Below, piece after piece: positions 20,377 to 31,116 of a stretch of DNA of 64,000 nucleotides. Each line of letters opens with the position of its first letter. Position 1 is the first letter of the stretch. Made by a program: the position numbers and the translations under genes. Location: contig JAIXVU010000001.1 in NCBI GenBank assembly GCA_027482685.1, forward strand, positions 64,910-128,909. Direction: 5' to 3'. The stretch is from a bacterium. Lineage in GTDB: Bacteria > Patescibacteriota > Minisyncoccia > Phycocordibacterales > UBA5272. Below the pieces are notes generated by a model. It searched no databases. It saw nothing but the letters and a program-made list of their open reading frames with translations, and was not told the DNA's origin.

Positions 20377-20649
20377 ATGGCAACAAGAAAAGCCGCAGGT
20401 TCGGCAAAAAACCTAACAGATAGTAAGCCAAAGTACTTAGGTACCAAGCTTTATGCTGGCGAGATAGCATCAGCTGGGGCTATTATCGTGCGTCAGCGCG
20501 GAACTAAGATCCTCCCTGGAAAGAATGTTGGACTTGGAAAAGATCATACACTCTTTGCTCTCAAAGAAGGTAAAGTAAACTTTTCAGAAAAGAAGATGAA
20601 ACATCTGGACGGAAGTATGAAGCGCAAGAAAATTGCAAACGTTGAGTAA
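20377..20649 (+). CDS. rpmA: 50S ribosomal protein L27
   Basis: [27 protein letters not shown]. Confidence 0.97.
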   Translation: MATRKAAGSAKNLTDSKPKYLGTKLYAGEIASAGAIIVRQRGTKILPGKNVGLGKDHTLFALKEGKVNFSEKKMKHLDGSMKRKKIANVE

Positions 20650-20660
20650 GAGATTATAGA

Positions 20661-20707
20661 TAGAGATGCAAAGAGCGCGACCGAAGGTCGCGCTCTTTGC
20701 ATCTCTA
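20661..20707. terminator. 22-bp-stem hairpin between convergent rpmA and rplI
   Basis: TAGAGATGCAAAGAGCGCGACC-GAA-GGTCGCGCTCTTTGCATCTCTA. Confidence 0.75.
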
Positions 20708-20730
20708 TATCCAATCAACAATATCAGAAA

Positions 20731-21171
20731 TTATTTCACACTAATTGTAAACGGCTCTCTTTTGCCTGATTGTTTGAGATACACCGTGTGGTTGCCTAGT
20801 GCTTTGATAGGCTTATCAATTTCTAATTGTTTCGGATCAACTGACAAAGATGTAACACTAAAAATTGCATCCACAACATCTTCACTTTTTATTTGAGCAA
20901 AAAGCTGCCCTTTCTCATCATGTTTCTTGCCTGTTACGATAACCTCTTTCCTTCGTAGTTCATCTAGTAATTTAGCAAACACACTCGTTGCTAGTTCTTT
21001 TTTGTGAAGGATCGATTCTTCTTTTTGTTTCCACTTAGCAAGCTCACTAGGGGTTGCTAGGATTGCTTTTTTCTTTGCTAGTAATACATTGATAGCATAT
21101 CCGTCTGCAACCTCCTTCACCTCGCCTCGTTTACCAACTTTTGCAATATCAAGTAATAGAATGACTTTCAT
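20731..21171 (-). CDS. rplI: 50S ribosomal protein L9
   Basis: MKVILLLDIAKVGKRGEVKEVADGYAIN, PIKALG. Confidence 0.96.
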   Translation of the reverse strand: MKVILLLDIAKVGKRGEVKEVADGYAINVLLAKKKAILATPSELAKWKQKEESILHKKELATSVFAKLLDELRRKEVIVTGKKHDEKGQLFAQIKSEDVVDAIFSVTSLSVDPKQLEIDKPIKALGNHTVYLKQSGKREPFTISVK

Positions 21172-21180
21172 TCCCTTATA

Positions 21181-22410
21181 CTACTTGATTTGTTTAACAA
21201 CTTCAATAGCTTTTTTCATTTGAATATCTATGAGAGTACCGTCTTTGTTTTTAGGTGATGAAGTTCCGAAACTAACTGGAAAATCTGGCACAATACCGTG
21301 CTCTGAGATAGATACTCCGTTTGGTGTATACCATTTCGCGATAGTTACCTTAAGCGATGAACCGTCTGGTAAATTGATAAGTTCTTGTACAGAACCTTTC
21401 CCAAACGATTTCTCTCCAACGACTTTTGCAATACCGTGGTCACGTAATGCTCCTGCTAATATCTCAGAAGCTGATGCGGAACCATTATCTACAAGAACAA
21501 CCACTTGTATATCGCGAGGAAGACCTGTTATTGCTGTACTTCTGTGATTCACTACTTTTGCATCCTTGCCTTGCTTTTCACTTACAACAACAGTTCCTTC
21601 AGGTAAGAAGTAGCTAGCCATGTTAACAGCAGCTTCTAGATAACCTCCTGGGTTACCTCGAACATCTATGATGAGCTTTTTACTTCCTGATTGTATAAAT
21701 GAAGTTAGTGCGTCACGGAAAGCATCAGGCGCCTCTGCTGAGAAGTTATAGAGATGAATAATGAATACCCCTTCTTTTGTCTCTGTATCTATTGTTGGGA
21801 TCTTAATCTCCTTTCGAATTATTGTAATATCTGTCGTAACTTTTGTTCCTGGGTGGATAACAGTAATTTTAACCGATGTGTCTATTTCACCACGAATAAG
21901 GTTAACGGCTTTATCAGATGATTCCCCTACTACACTTTTACCATCAACAGCAGTTATGATATCTCCTGCCTTTATACCAGCTTTCATTGCTGGTGAATCC
22001 TTAAGTGGAGCAATAACAACAATATTGCCATCCTTCATACCAACAGTCATACCAACTCCACCAAAAGAGCCCTTTACATTCTGTGCGAAACTCTTAGCTT
22101 CAACTGGTGGGAAAAATACAGTATAAGGATCCTTGTAGCTATTTACATAGCCTTGTATCATACCATATTCTAGTTCCTTTGCAGTTGGTGCGGTTGACGA
22201 TGCCTTCCAGAAAATAAACTTCTCATCGATTGTTGCTTTTACTTGACTTAAAAGTGGGCTTTCTATTTTTCCATTTGCTGCGTAGTTGCTATCGTTTGTT
22301 ATTTGCGCCCCAACAAGTACCCCAACCCCAAAAAGTGTTGAGATAATAATAATCCCGCCTAATAACCTAATTGCTCGTTTGTGTAATAGTGTATGTAATG
22401 ATGCTTTCAT
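21181..22410 (-). CDS. ctpA: S41 family carboxyl-terminal protease (PDZ)
   Basis: DPYT, PDZ, IIDVRGNPGG, SASASEI, GEKSFGKGSVQ. Confidence 0.92.
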   Translation of the reverse strand: MKASLHTLLHKRAIRLLGGIIIISTLFGVGVLVGAQITNDSNYAANGKIESPLLSQVKATIDEKFIFWKASSTAPTAKELEYGMIQGYVNSYKDPYTVFFPPVEAKSFAQNVKGSFGGVGMTVGMKDGNIVVIAPLKDSPAMKAGIKAGDIITAVDGKSVVGESSDKAVNLIRGEIDTSVKITVIHPGTKVTTDITIIRKEIKIPTIDTETKEGVFIIHLYNFSAEAPDAFRDALTSFIQSGSKKLIIDVRGNPGGYLEAAVNMASYFLPEGTVVVSEKQGKDAKVVNHRSTAITGLPRDIQVVVLVDNGSASASEILAGALRDHGIAKVVGEKSFGKGSVQELINLPDGSSLKVTIAKWYTPNGVSISEHGIVPDFPVSFGTSSPKNKDGTLIDIQMKKAIEVVKQIK

Positions 22411-22471
22411 ACATAAGAGTATATACTAATGGTGTGATAGAATAAAAGGATAACTAATGGTTCCGTGGTGT

Positions 22472-23872
22472 ATGTCAAAAACAATAATTCTCTACAATAC
22501 AGCATCAAAGAAAGAAGAAGTTTTCACGCCGATAGAAACAGATAAAGTAGCAATATACTCCTGTGGGCCTACGGTGTATCATTATCCTCATTTAGGAAAC
22601 CTTCGTGCTGTAGTTTTTGCAGATACTCTTAGGAGAATGTTCATGTTTGCTGGTTACTCTGTTACTCATATTATTAATATCACAGATGTCGGACATCTTA
22701 CATCAGATAGTGATGATGGTGATGATAAGATGGAAAAAGGCGCAGCTCGTGAAGGTAAAAGTGTCTGGGATATTGCAAAGTTCTATACTGATGATTATTT
22801 CAACTCATTAAAGTTACTTAATATTCCGCTAGATGCGTATACATTTCCTCGCGCAACAGACACTATTCCTGAGCAGATAGCACTCATTCAATCTCTCGTT
22901 GATAAGGGATATACGTATACGATTACCGATGGTATATATTTTGATACATCTAAGTTCCCATCATATGCGGATTTTGCTCATCTTGATATCAAAGGCCTTC
23001 AGTCAGGTGCTCGAGTAACAGAAAATGCAAAAAAGAAAAATATTACAGATTTCGCATTATGGAAATTTTCTCCAAAAGATGAACAACGGCAGATGGAGTG
23101 GGATTCTCCGTGGGGTAAAGGTTTCCCTGGGTGGCATATAGAGTGTTCTGCAATGTCCAAGAAAATTCTCGGGCCTCATTTTGATATCCATACTGGTGGA
23201 ATAGATCACATCCCTGTGCATCATACCAATGAGATAGCACAAAGTGTTTGTGCGAATGATGAAAAATATGTAAATTACTGGATGCATGTAAATTTTCTAA
23301 ATGATGCAAGCGGTAAAATGTCAAAATCTAATGGCGATTTCCTGCGTCTTCAGACATTACTTGAGATGAATATTGATCCACTTGTGTATCGTTACTATCT
23401 TCTTATGACTCACTATCGTGCAGAGATAGCCTTTTCTTTCGAATCGCTTCATGCCGCAGAGACTGCATACAATAAACTAATCGCGTATCTGCATGAACAT
23501 AGAGATAGTGAAGGTGTGGTAATTGAAAGCTATAAAAATGCTTTTGAAGATGCTATGTATAACGATCTGGGTACCCCTACTGCTATAGCGCTTATATGGA
23601 AACTTATAAAAGATACCACATGCAATGATGCTGACAAAGTTAGTACTATTTTTGATTTTGATAGTACTCTTGGGCTAGGACTTAAAGAGCAATCAGAAAA
23701 AAAAGATGAGATTGTAATAATCCCTGACGAAATTCAAAAGCTTCTTAATGAAAGAAAGACTGCGAAAGAAAATAAGGACTATAATCACTCTGATCAATTA
23801 CGTACAGAAATAGAAAAGCGTGGCTACATAATCACAGATACTCAAGGAGAACAAAAAGTCACTAAAATATAA
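22472..23872 (+). CDS. cysS: Cysteine--tRNA ligase
   Basis: CGPTVY..HLGN, PGWHIECSAM, KMSKS. Confidence 0.97.
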   Translation: MSKTIILYNTASKKEEVFTPIETDKVAIYSCGPTVYHYPHLGNLRAVVFADTLRRMFMFAGYSVTHIINITDVGHLTSDSDDGDDKMEKGAAREGKSVWDIAKFYTDDYFNSLKLLNIPLDAYTFPRATDTIPEQIALIQSLVDKGYTYTITDGIYFDTSKFPSYADFAHLDIKGLQSGARVTENAKKKNITDFALWKFSPKDEQRQMEWDSPWGKGFPGWHIECSAMSKKILGPHFDIHTGGIDHIPVHHTNEIAQSVCANDEKYVNYWMHVNFLNDASGKMSKSNGDFLRLQTLLEMNIDPLVYRYYLLMTHYRAEIAFSFESLHAAETAYNKLIAYLHEHRDSEGVVIESYKNAFEDAMYNDLGTPTAIALIWKLIKDTTCNDADKVSTIFDFDSTLGLGLKEQSEKKDEIVIIPDEIQKLLNERKTAKENKDYNHSDQLRTEIEKRGYIITDTQGEQKVTKI

Positions 23873-23921
23873 AAAAAGCTGTCTCACAAAGAGACAGCTT
23901 GCTGAAAAAAGAACAGCGGTG

Positions 23922-24167
23922 TTACCAGCCAACTTCGAATGTGTGGTAAGCTTTCTTGTTTCCAGGCAGACGCCTATACTGGTGAAAAGCATCCCATGGA
24001 CCGAATCGAAGAACTTCAATCCAGTCAAAATAAACCTTGATTGGGACACCCTCTGCGTTTACAACAAACACTGGGAGTACTACAAACTTTCTTGTCCAGT
24101 TCCTGGAATCAGGTGCGTCCACGACAGTATCTGATTTGTTAGGCAGTGTGACACAAATTGAGCACAT
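23922..24167 (-). CDS. Orphan hypothetical protein
   Basis: Own TTGACA-16-TATAAT promoter (24243-24216), SD AAGGA, hairpin at ~23877-23900. Confidence 0.55.
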   Translation of the reverse strand: MCSICVTLPNKSDTVVDAPDSRNWTRKFVVLPVFVVNAEGVPIKVYFDWIEVLRFGPWDAFHQYRRLPGNKKAYHTFEVGW

Positions 24168-24346
24168 AGATTGTCCTTATAAAAAGGTTGTTTATCGGAG
24201 AACATTCCCAAAAATATTATAAAGTAAATAACTATTTTGTCAAATATTACTTTTGCGTTTTCCAAACGCATATTATCCCCACTATCCACCTGAAACCACA
24301 TCCTTTTGATTGGCACAAGTAACACCCCCTCGTGTACAATACTTAT

Positions 24347-25819
24347 ATGATTCCCCTCGATCAACTTTCCGCACAGTCTAAGAGCCCTTCTAGAAAAAAG
24401 AGTGGTTACGATAAGTATGATAAACGTGGGGAAAAAGCCGATGACCCCCTTCGTGGTCCGCGTATTCCTCCACAGGATTTAGAATCTGAGAAAGCTTTGC
24501 TCGGATCCTTACTCCTTTCATCTGATGCTCTTTTTGAAATATCAGATATTGTTACTTCAGAGAGTTTCTACGCTGCAAAGCATCAGATTATTTTCGAAGC
24601 AATTGATATTTTAGTTAATAAAAAAGAGCCAGTAGATGTGCTCACAGTATCAGCGTTACTTCGTGAACGTAAAGAGTTTGATCAGATAGGAGGTGCGCCC
24701 TATCTTGGTGAATTACTCGGCCTTGTTGGCTCTGCTGCGAATGTTAAGTATTATGCACACATTGTTCGTAAGAAAGAGCTTCTCCGTCGTCTCATTGAGG
24801 CCAGTACTCATATTTCAGAGATTTCGTATGATGAATCTGAACCACTTGAGACCATATTAGAAGATGCAGAACGTCGGGTGTATGAAATAACGACAAAAGG
24901 TAGTTCTTCACAACGTCTTATCGCCTTCCAAGAAATGATAGAAGAAACGTGGGAACGTATCGAAAAATTATCAGAAAATACAGGCGAACTTCGTGGTGTC
25001 CCAAGTGGATTCAAAGCACTTGATAATAAATTATCAGGATTCCAAAAGTCTGACCTTATTATTCTTGCAGCCCGACCATCGGTTGGTAAGACTTCTCTTG
25101 CACTAGACTTTGCACGTCACGCGGCGGTTAAACATAACATCCCTGTTGCAATTTTTTCTCTTGAAATGAGTAAGGAACAGCTAGTTGACCGTATGTTATC
25201 TGCCCAGTCGCAAGTAGACAGCTGGAAACTACGTACAGGCCTCAATAAACATGCCTTAGATGAGGAATTTGCAAGATTAAATCAAGGTATGCATGAGCTT
25301 ATGAAAGCTCCTATCTATGTTGATGACAAAGCAGCAAACTCAATACTTAATATGCGAAGTGTACTACGTAGATTAAGTACTGATAAACCTATAGGTCTTA
25401 TAATTGTGGATTACTTACAGCTCATGAGTACTGCAAAAAATTACGATAACATGGTTAACCAAGTAACCGAAATTTCTCGTTCACTTAAAGCATTGGCAAA
25501 AGAGTTTAATGCTCCTGTTATTGCCCTCTCTCAATTATCTCGTGCAGTTGAAGCGCGTGGTGGCAAACCCAGACTCTCTGATCTTCGTGATTCTGGGTCT
25601 ATCGAACAAGATGCCGATATAGTAATGTTCATTCACCGTGAGAAGGATGAAGCAGGTGATAAAAAAAACATGGTAGAAATTTTGATAGAGAAGCATCGTA
25701 ATGGACCAACGGGGATGGTAGAACTCTACTTTGATGACAAGAAGACATCATTTGTGTCAGTTGAAAAAAGCGAGTTCGGGGATTTTGTACTGCCTTCAAT
25801 GAATATCCCCGATTTCTAA
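24347..25819 (+). CDS. dnaB: Replicative DNA helicase
   Basis: AARPSVGKT, FSLEMS, IVDYLQLM, LSQLSR, SDLRDSGSIEQDAD, KHRNGPTG. Confidence 0.97.
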   Translation: MIPLDQLSAQSKSPSRKKSGYDKYDKRGEKADDPLRGPRIPPQDLESEKALLGSLLLSSDALFEISDIVTSESFYAAKHQIIFEAIDILVNKKEPVDVLTVSALLRERKEFDQIGGAPYLGELLGLVGSAANVKYYAHIVRKKELLRRLIEASTHISEISYDESEPLETILEDAERRVYEITTKGSSSQRLIAFQEMIEETWERIEKLSENTGELRGVPSGFKALDNKLSGFQKSDLIILAARPSVGKTSLALDFARHAAVKHNIPVAIFSLEMSKEQLVDRMLSAQSQVDSWKLRTGLNKHALDEEFARLNQGMHELMKAPIYVDDKAANSILNMRSVLRRLSTDKPIGLIIVDYLQLMSTAKNYDNMVNQVTEISRSLKALAKEFNAPVIALSQLSRAVEARGGKPRLSDLRDSGSIEQDADIVMFIHREKDEAGDKKNMVEILIEKHRNGPTGMVELYFDDKKTSFVSVEKSEFGDFVLPSMNIPDF

Positions 25820-25860
25820 CTCGTGTCTAACCATATGCATTCTCTGGTATACTATGCTTC

Positions 25861-26490
25861 ATGAATTCCATAGACAGGCTGACAGAACTTTTCATGCGCT
25901 TCCCCGGTATTGGACCAAAACAAGCTAGACGTTTTGTATATTTTCTCTTACGTGAGCATTCTCATTATAAGGAGCAACTCATAAAAGCACTTGAAGAGCT
26001 TAAGTTCACAGGCAAGCAATGTGAACTGTGCTTTAGATTTTTTGGTGATAAGTATGCTCAAGCTGAGGATATTACTATGTGTGATATTTGTAGATCAGAT
26101 GCACGCGATACCACAATTCTCATGATTGTTGAGAAAGAGCTCGATATGGATGCAATCGAAAAGACTGGGTCATATAACGGACTTTATTTTATTCTAGGTG
26201 GACTTGTCCCTCCACTTACAGAGAAACCATCTGAGCTTATCCGCATCAGAGAACTTACTTCACGAATTCATGCATCAATCAAAGATAGTGAGCTTAAGGA
26301 AATTATTTTTGCACTTCCTGTGACTGATTTTGGTGATGTAACAACAGAGTATATTGAAAAAACAATCAAACAAATAGTTGGCATAGAAAATATTACCCTC
26401 ACTAAGCTTGCACGCGGATTATCATCTGGTCTTGAACTTGAGTATGTAGACAAGAACACGTTTGATAGCGCTCTCTTACGGAGAAATTAA
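25861..26490 (+). CDS. recR: Recombination mediator RecR
   Basis: HhH PGIGPKQA, C4 zinc finger, Toprim, LARGL..G.ELEYVD. Confidence 0.93.
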   Translation: MNSIDRLTELFMRFPGIGPKQARRFVYFLLREHSHYKEQLIKALEELKFTGKQCELCFRFFGDKYAQAEDITMCDICRSDARDTTILMIVEKELDMDAIEKTGSYNGLYFILGGLVPPLTEKPSELIRIRELTSRIHASIKDSELKEIIFALPVTDFGDVTTEYIEKTIKQIVGIENITLTKLARGLSSGLELEYVDKNTFDSALLRRN

Positions 26491-26611
26491 TTTTTATATT
26501 GTTAAAATTTTACAGTTGATAGCAGTATTGACTACTCATATAAATCGGAGTAGTCTTACTGAAGAAACATACAAGATGTCTACTCTTTTTTACTTAGAGA
26601 AGGAGACTCAT

Positions 26612-26794
26612 ATGGTATCCAAGATCTTTACTTTCGGGGTGCTTGCATGCTCACTTGTCTTGGTTGCAGTCTACATCATCAGACATCCCTTGTTTGCTGA
26701 TGTGGCACGTTTCATACTCCTACTTGCCGTATTTGGGGTGCTTCTTTTGATATTGCGTGCTCGCAACACACACAAGAATACACCTCTACGATGA
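26612..26794 (+). CDS. Small 2-TM orphan protein
   Basis: SD AAGGAG; TTGACT-17-TAGTCT at 26528-26556. Confidence 0.55.
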   Translation: MVSKIFTFGVLACSLVLVAVYIIRHPLFADVARFILLLAVFGVLLLILRARNTHKNTPLR

Positions 26795-26883
26795 GAGCAG
26801 GTAACTCTTTTTATAGCTTCAAAGTTGTCACTCTGCTAAGGTGACAAAATCCCGTTAAGTGGTTTGCTTAACGGGGTTCTTGT

Positions 26884-27201
26884 TTATGCGATAGAATCAA
26901 TTTTGAGACTCATATACGGCTGGCGGTGGCCGTTACGCTTGTGGTATCGTGACTTCTGACGGTAACGTACAATCATAACTTTATCAAGCTTACCTGATTC
27001 CGTAATTGTTGCTCCAACTTTACTTCCTGTGATGTATGGAGCACCAAGAGTGGTAACTTTTCCGTCATCTTTAAGAACGACAGATTCAATAGTGATCTTG
27101 TCTCCTATTTTATAATCTCCAAGTATTTTCTCTACAGCAATTTCATCGCCTACTGCGACTTTATACTGCTTTCCCCCTGTTTGAATAACTGCAAATGACA
27201 T
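26884..27201 (-). CDS. rplU: 50S ribosomal protein L21
   Basis: FAVIQTGGKQYKV...GHRQPY. Confidence 0.97.
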   Translation of the reverse strand: MSFAVIQTGGKQYKVAVGDEIAVEKILGDYKIGDKITIESVVLKDDGKVTTLGAPYITGSKVGATITESGKLDKVMIVRYRQKSRYHKRNGHRQPYMSLKIDSIA

Positions 27202-27366
27202 AGTTGAATAATTATACAGTATTTTGGTAGTTTCTGCAAGTTAACAAAAGGAGAGGTATTACGTGATTTACGATAGTATTTGACTTCTTTTTGAAAGATC
27301 GTAGCATTATCAATAGTTGCCGTTCTTTACAGCTGTGTATCCTTATCTAGCCAAAGGGAGGTAAAT

Positions 27367-27609
27367 ATGGAGGTTCTCCGTGATTTACTCAAGGAATCTG
27401 TTGGATTCTTAGCCTATTTGATGAATGAAGTTCTTGGTGTTAACAGTGCGTCTTTCATCTTCGCTGTAGTCTTAGTACTAGTTGTTTTTTGTGCGGTACT
27501 AGCTCTGGCGTGGCTCCTCACACGTCTTCGTGGGACAGGCATGAGCGGGGGCACTACTTTTGGAGATGAGGAAATTTTCATCTCGAAGAATCCACAGAAA
27601 TCACTCTAA
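27367..27609 (+). CDS. Small single-TM orphan protein
   Basis: SD AGGGAGG; TTGACT-16-TAGCAT upstream; terminator hairpin ~27626-27662. Confidence 0.65.
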   Translation: MEVLRDLLKESVGFLAYLMNEVLGVNSASFIFAVVLVLVVFCAVLALAWLLTRLRGTGMSGGTTFGDEEIFISKNPQKSL

Positions 27610-27679
27610 AGCAGGTCAATAAGTAAAAAACTGCTTCACTTATTACAAATGAAGCAGTTTTTCGTTATTATATTTTCAC

Positions 27680-28756
27680 CTAATCCTCATTAATCGAAGG
27701 TTTATCAAGAAGTGGTGGGTCAATACCGACAACATCACCAGTTATCCGCGTAACGTCCTTATCCACTTTTTTAAGTTCTTTGCTTGCATTGTTGTAATGA
27801 TTGGTTGCGGTACTGAGTGTATTACCTAGTTTGTTATGGTACTCCTCATAAGCTTTTAAGTGTTTACCAAGTTCCCCCACTCGTTTTACTATATCTTTTG
27901 CAGATTCTTCAATTTGCATCGCCTTCAAACCCTGTAGAACAGTTTGTAGATAGGCAAGAAATGACGTTGGTGAAACAATTATCACTTTGTATTTTGATGC
28001 TGCGCGCTGTATCAGATTTTCTGTTTCTTCTGTTACAGTTCCGATTTTGTTAATGATTAAATCATAGTAAATTGCTTCATGAGGAATAAACATAAACGCA
28101 AAGTCCATAGTGTTTTGTTCAGGCTGAATATATTTTGCTGTTTCAACGATACGATTCTTTAAATCATTAACAAATATCTTCTCGAACTTTTCCTTTTCTG
28201 CACGGTCAGATGTTTCTGATATTCTATTGTAGTTCTCAAGTGAAAATTTTGAATCAATTGGTATAACTTTATCTTTAACAAAAACAACTGCGTCAACAAT
28301 CGTTCCATCAGGAAATCCATACTGCATCTGATAAGAATTTGACGGCATTACGTTTTTTAATAAAGTCTCTAGGTAGTACTCGCCGAGCACTCCACGTTGC
28401 TTTGGATTCTTGAGAATATCTTGGAGATTTTGTAGTTGTTCTGCCATTGAAAATACCTGCTTACTCCCTTCTTTTACTTCAGTTAGTTCACGAACTATTT
28501 CATTCATGATACGACTTGCCTCTGATGTTTGGCGACTGGATTCTAGCTTTTGGCGATCTAGTACTTCATGCAGGTTGAATGCCGAACGTTCTAGTTTATC
28601 TTCTACCGTCCCACGTAATCTCTCTAGTTGATCTTGGAGAATAAGGAATGTTTGATCATCTTTTTCGTCAACTACTGGTTTCTTAACAATAAGCACAATA
28701 AGTAGTAAGATTATTACGATACCGATAATGACGAGGACAATTTCTACAGGTGACAT
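27680..28756 (-). CDS. rmuC: DNA recombination protein RmuC
   Basis: TM + coiled coil, K.RG.LGE, IPIDSKF, FAFMFIPHEAIY, VSPTSF. Confidence 0.92.
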   Translation of the reverse strand: MSPVEIVLVIIGIVIILLLIVLIVKKPVVDEKDDQTFLILQDQLERLRGTVEDKLERSAFNLHEVLDRQKLESSRQTSEASRIMNEIVRELTEVKEGSKQVFSMAEQLQNLQDILKNPKQRGVLGEYYLETLLKNVMPSNSYQMQYGFPDGTIVDAVVFVKDKVIPIDSKFSLENYNRISETSDRAEKEKFEKIFVNDLKNRIVETAKYIQPEQNTMDFAFMFIPHEAIYYDLIINKIGTVTEETENLIQRAASKYKVIIVSPTSFLAYLQTVLQGLKAMQIEESAKDIVKRVGELGKHLKAYEEYHNKLGNTLSTATNHYNNASKELKKVDKDVTRITGDVVGIDPPLLDKPSINED

Positions 28757-28830
28757 AATAGGCAAAGTATACCATGTACGACATGAGGCAATTACTCACA
28801 TTTATTTTCTAATGCTATACTAGTATAACT

Positions 28831-29277
28831 ATGCAAGAAACAATAAAAGCAGCAATCAAGCCAGCAATGATAGCAAAGGATACCGTTCGCCTCGGTACCC
28901 TTCGCCTCATTTTAGCGGCATTTACTAATGAACTCGTTACTCAAGGTCGCCCACCAACAGATCCACTATCAGATGAGGACTGCATGAAAGTTATCAAAAG
29001 ACTTTCAAAACAACGTAAAGACTCTATCGATCAGTTCGTAGCTGGTGGCCGCCCAGAACTAGCAGAAGATGAAAAAGCAGAACTTGCAATCATTGAAGAG
29101 TTCCTCCCTGCAGCAATGTCAGAAGCAGACATCGAAGCGAAGGTGAAAGCTAAGCTAGCAGAATCTCCACTTGATTCAACTAAGAAAGGTCAGTTCATCG
29201 GTCAGATGATGAAAGAGCTCGGCGATACTGCAGATGGTGCGACAGTGAAAGCTGTTATTGATAGATTAACCGCGTAA
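28831..29277 (+). CDS. GatB/YqeY domain protein
   Basis: KQRKDSIDQF..GGRPELA..EKAELAII..FLP. Confidence 0.92.
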   Translation: MQETIKAAIKPAMIAKDTVRLGTLRLILAAFTNELVTQGRPPTDPLSDEDCMKVIKRLSKQRKDSIDQFVAGGRPELAEDEKAELAIIEEFLPAAMSEADIEAKVKAKLAESPLDSTKKGQFIGQMMKELGDTADGATVKAVIDRLTA

Positions 29278-29351
29278 TTTCTTGGTATTGATCCGCCGCA
29301 ATAATTAGATTATAGTAAGAATGGATATCCTAAATTAAACAAGGAGAAATT

Positions 29352-29696
29352 ATGCCACCGAAAGATCCAAGCAAACCACTGACTCCGACTCAACAAGCAA
29401 TTAAGCGACTGAAAGATAAAGTACCAGCTGCAAAAGTCGCTATTGATGAGTATGATGCCAGAAGAGCGCTTGAAGCAAGCCAAGTCGGAGCAGATAAGAT
29501 CAAAGTAAATCAAAGTCCGAAACCCGTGCTTCGCGCGCAACCACATCCTAACGCTAGAGGTAGTTCGATGCGAACTCCGGTTGATGCTATTGAGATTGTC
29601 CCCGATGGCGAAGAGCTAGTACCAGATAAAAAAAATGGCGGCTGGATTATGAAAAAATTCGCCGATGAGAGTTCCAATGATGAAAACGGCGCCTAG
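29352..29696 (+). CDS. Hypothetical protein
   Basis: SD AAGGAG; hairpin overlapping stop. Confidence 0.65.
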   Translation: MPPKDPSKPLTPTQQAIKRLKDKVPAAKVAIDEYDARRALEASQVGADKIKVNQSPKPVLRAQPHPNARGSSMRTPVDAIEIVPDGEELVPDKKNGGWIMKKFADESSNDENGA

Positions 29697-29718
29697 CGCC
29701 GTTTTTTCTTTTAGTTAT

Positions 29719-30525
29719 TTACTGGTCACACATTACACGATATGGGAAACGTAGTGGTTGTCTGGTCTGTACGTTTATTGTACCTGACTCAAAGACTAGT
29801 GAACACGGAACATTATTAGGTAGTTGAGCGCCGATAGTTGCTGTGAAGCGTGTCCACCCAGCAATAGTCCAATCAGCAGTTGCAACAGCTTCCCCTATTA
29901 CACCTGAACGGCTTTTGTTATCTATGATAATTAACTTGAACTTCCCACCTTTATCATACATAACATTGCGCGCTTCCCCAGTGAACGTCATGCCTTTTTT
30001 GATGGTAATGCCTTCATAGAGTGAGAGATTACGAACATAAAGACGGCGGACTTCTTCTATTGTTGGTTCGCGTTTCTCTGGTGGTGTAGCAGTTGCTACA
30101 ACTGCTGCGGCTCTTGATGTTGTTCCTTGTACAATAATATAAGGCGAGCCAAAGCCATACGGGTTACTACCACTTGTACCTTGTCGCGCGTTTATGTCGT
30201 AGTATCCCGATGCGATATTAGTACGACCAGTGTCAATGTTATAGTACCCGCTCTCTATATTCGTTGATGTTGCAGTATAGGCTGGCGGTTTTTGTCGAGC
30301 GAGGTTAAGGCTTCCTGGTGCAGGCAACCAGTCAAAATCTAAGATACTGCCTTTTTTAGTCGAGGTAGCAGAAGTGGTGTTGTTTGATTGAAATATTTTT
30401 CCGACAGTGTTACTAAACGATATCTCTGGATAGATAGTAGAGATAAGGAACCAGATGAACGACACAATAGCAAGCGCAACACCGAGACGGAAGAGATACT
30501 TTAGTAATAATTGTATTGTATCCAT
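29719..30525 (-). CDS. Membrane-anchored hypothetical protein, probable C-terminal Ig-like domain
   Basis: N-terminal TM; internal repeat TNI(E/A)SGYY(N/D)I; beta-rich C-terminus. Confidence 0.7.
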   Translation of the reverse strand: MDTIQLLLKYLFRLGVALAIVSFIWFLISTIYPEISFSNTVGKIFQSNNTTSATSTKKGSILDFDWLPAPGSLNLARQKPPAYTATSTNIESGYYNIDTGRTNIASGYYDINARQGTSGSNPYGFGSPYIIVQGTTSRAAAVVATATPPEKREPTIEEVRRLYVRNLSLYEGITIKKGMTFTGEARNVMYDKGGKFKLIIIDNKSRSGVIGEAVATADWTIAGWTRFTATIGAQLPNNVPCSLVFESGTINVQTRQPLRFPYRVMCDQ

Positions 30526-30543
30526 GTTACGAGATAGTGTACC

Positions 30544-31104
30544 TTATCTTTGAGCAATACAGGCATCATCATTCCACAGTCCGCGCGTAGATGCTTGTGC
30601 GATGTTCTGTAAACTTTTGAACTCTTGTTGATACTTGTGAGGTTTGAGATATGTATATTCATACGCGTATCCATCAGCTATCATTTTGCGGTTAGCCATC
30701 TGTCCATCTTGTAGATACACATATGCAAGGATATTATTATAGGTATCTCGAGGTTCTTGGCTTAGATCGTACTCAAGGTGTACATCTTTGCCATCTACAA
30801 TATCCGCTAAGCGCTCTGTGGCGACTTTGGTAAAACAGTCTGGTGTGTTAATACCAAGTAACCTTATACGTTCATTTACTCCGTCTATTCCTACCGTGAT
30901 AGTGTCAGCATCAATGACACTACTTACTCTGTATAGAAGTGTTTGTGTAGAATCTTGCTCCTTCGAACCGTCCTTTGATACAACATACGTATCAGAAAGA
31001 AATGTCCATCCATAGAACTGATACGCAAACGCGACAGCGAGAATCACAACTCCCGCCATTGCAAGCTTAGTAACTGTAGGATTATCGGTGCCATGAGCAG
31101 ACAT
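30544..31104 (-). CDS. Thermonuclease (SNase-like) family protein, active site possibly degenerate
   Basis: VIDADTI, RIRLLGINTP, LAYVYL, MIADGYA, RGLW. Confidence 0.85.
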   Translation of the reverse strand: MSAHGTDNPTVTKLAMAGVVILAVAFAYQFYGWTFLSDTYVVSKDGSKEQDSTQTLLYRVSSVIDADTITVGIDGVNERIRLLGINTPDCFTKVATERLADIVDGKDVHLEYDLSQEPRDTYNNILAYVYLQDGQMANRKMIADGYAYEYTYLKPHKYQQEFKSLQNIAQASTRGLWNDDACIAQR

Positions 31105-31116
31105 GATATCAAAAGT

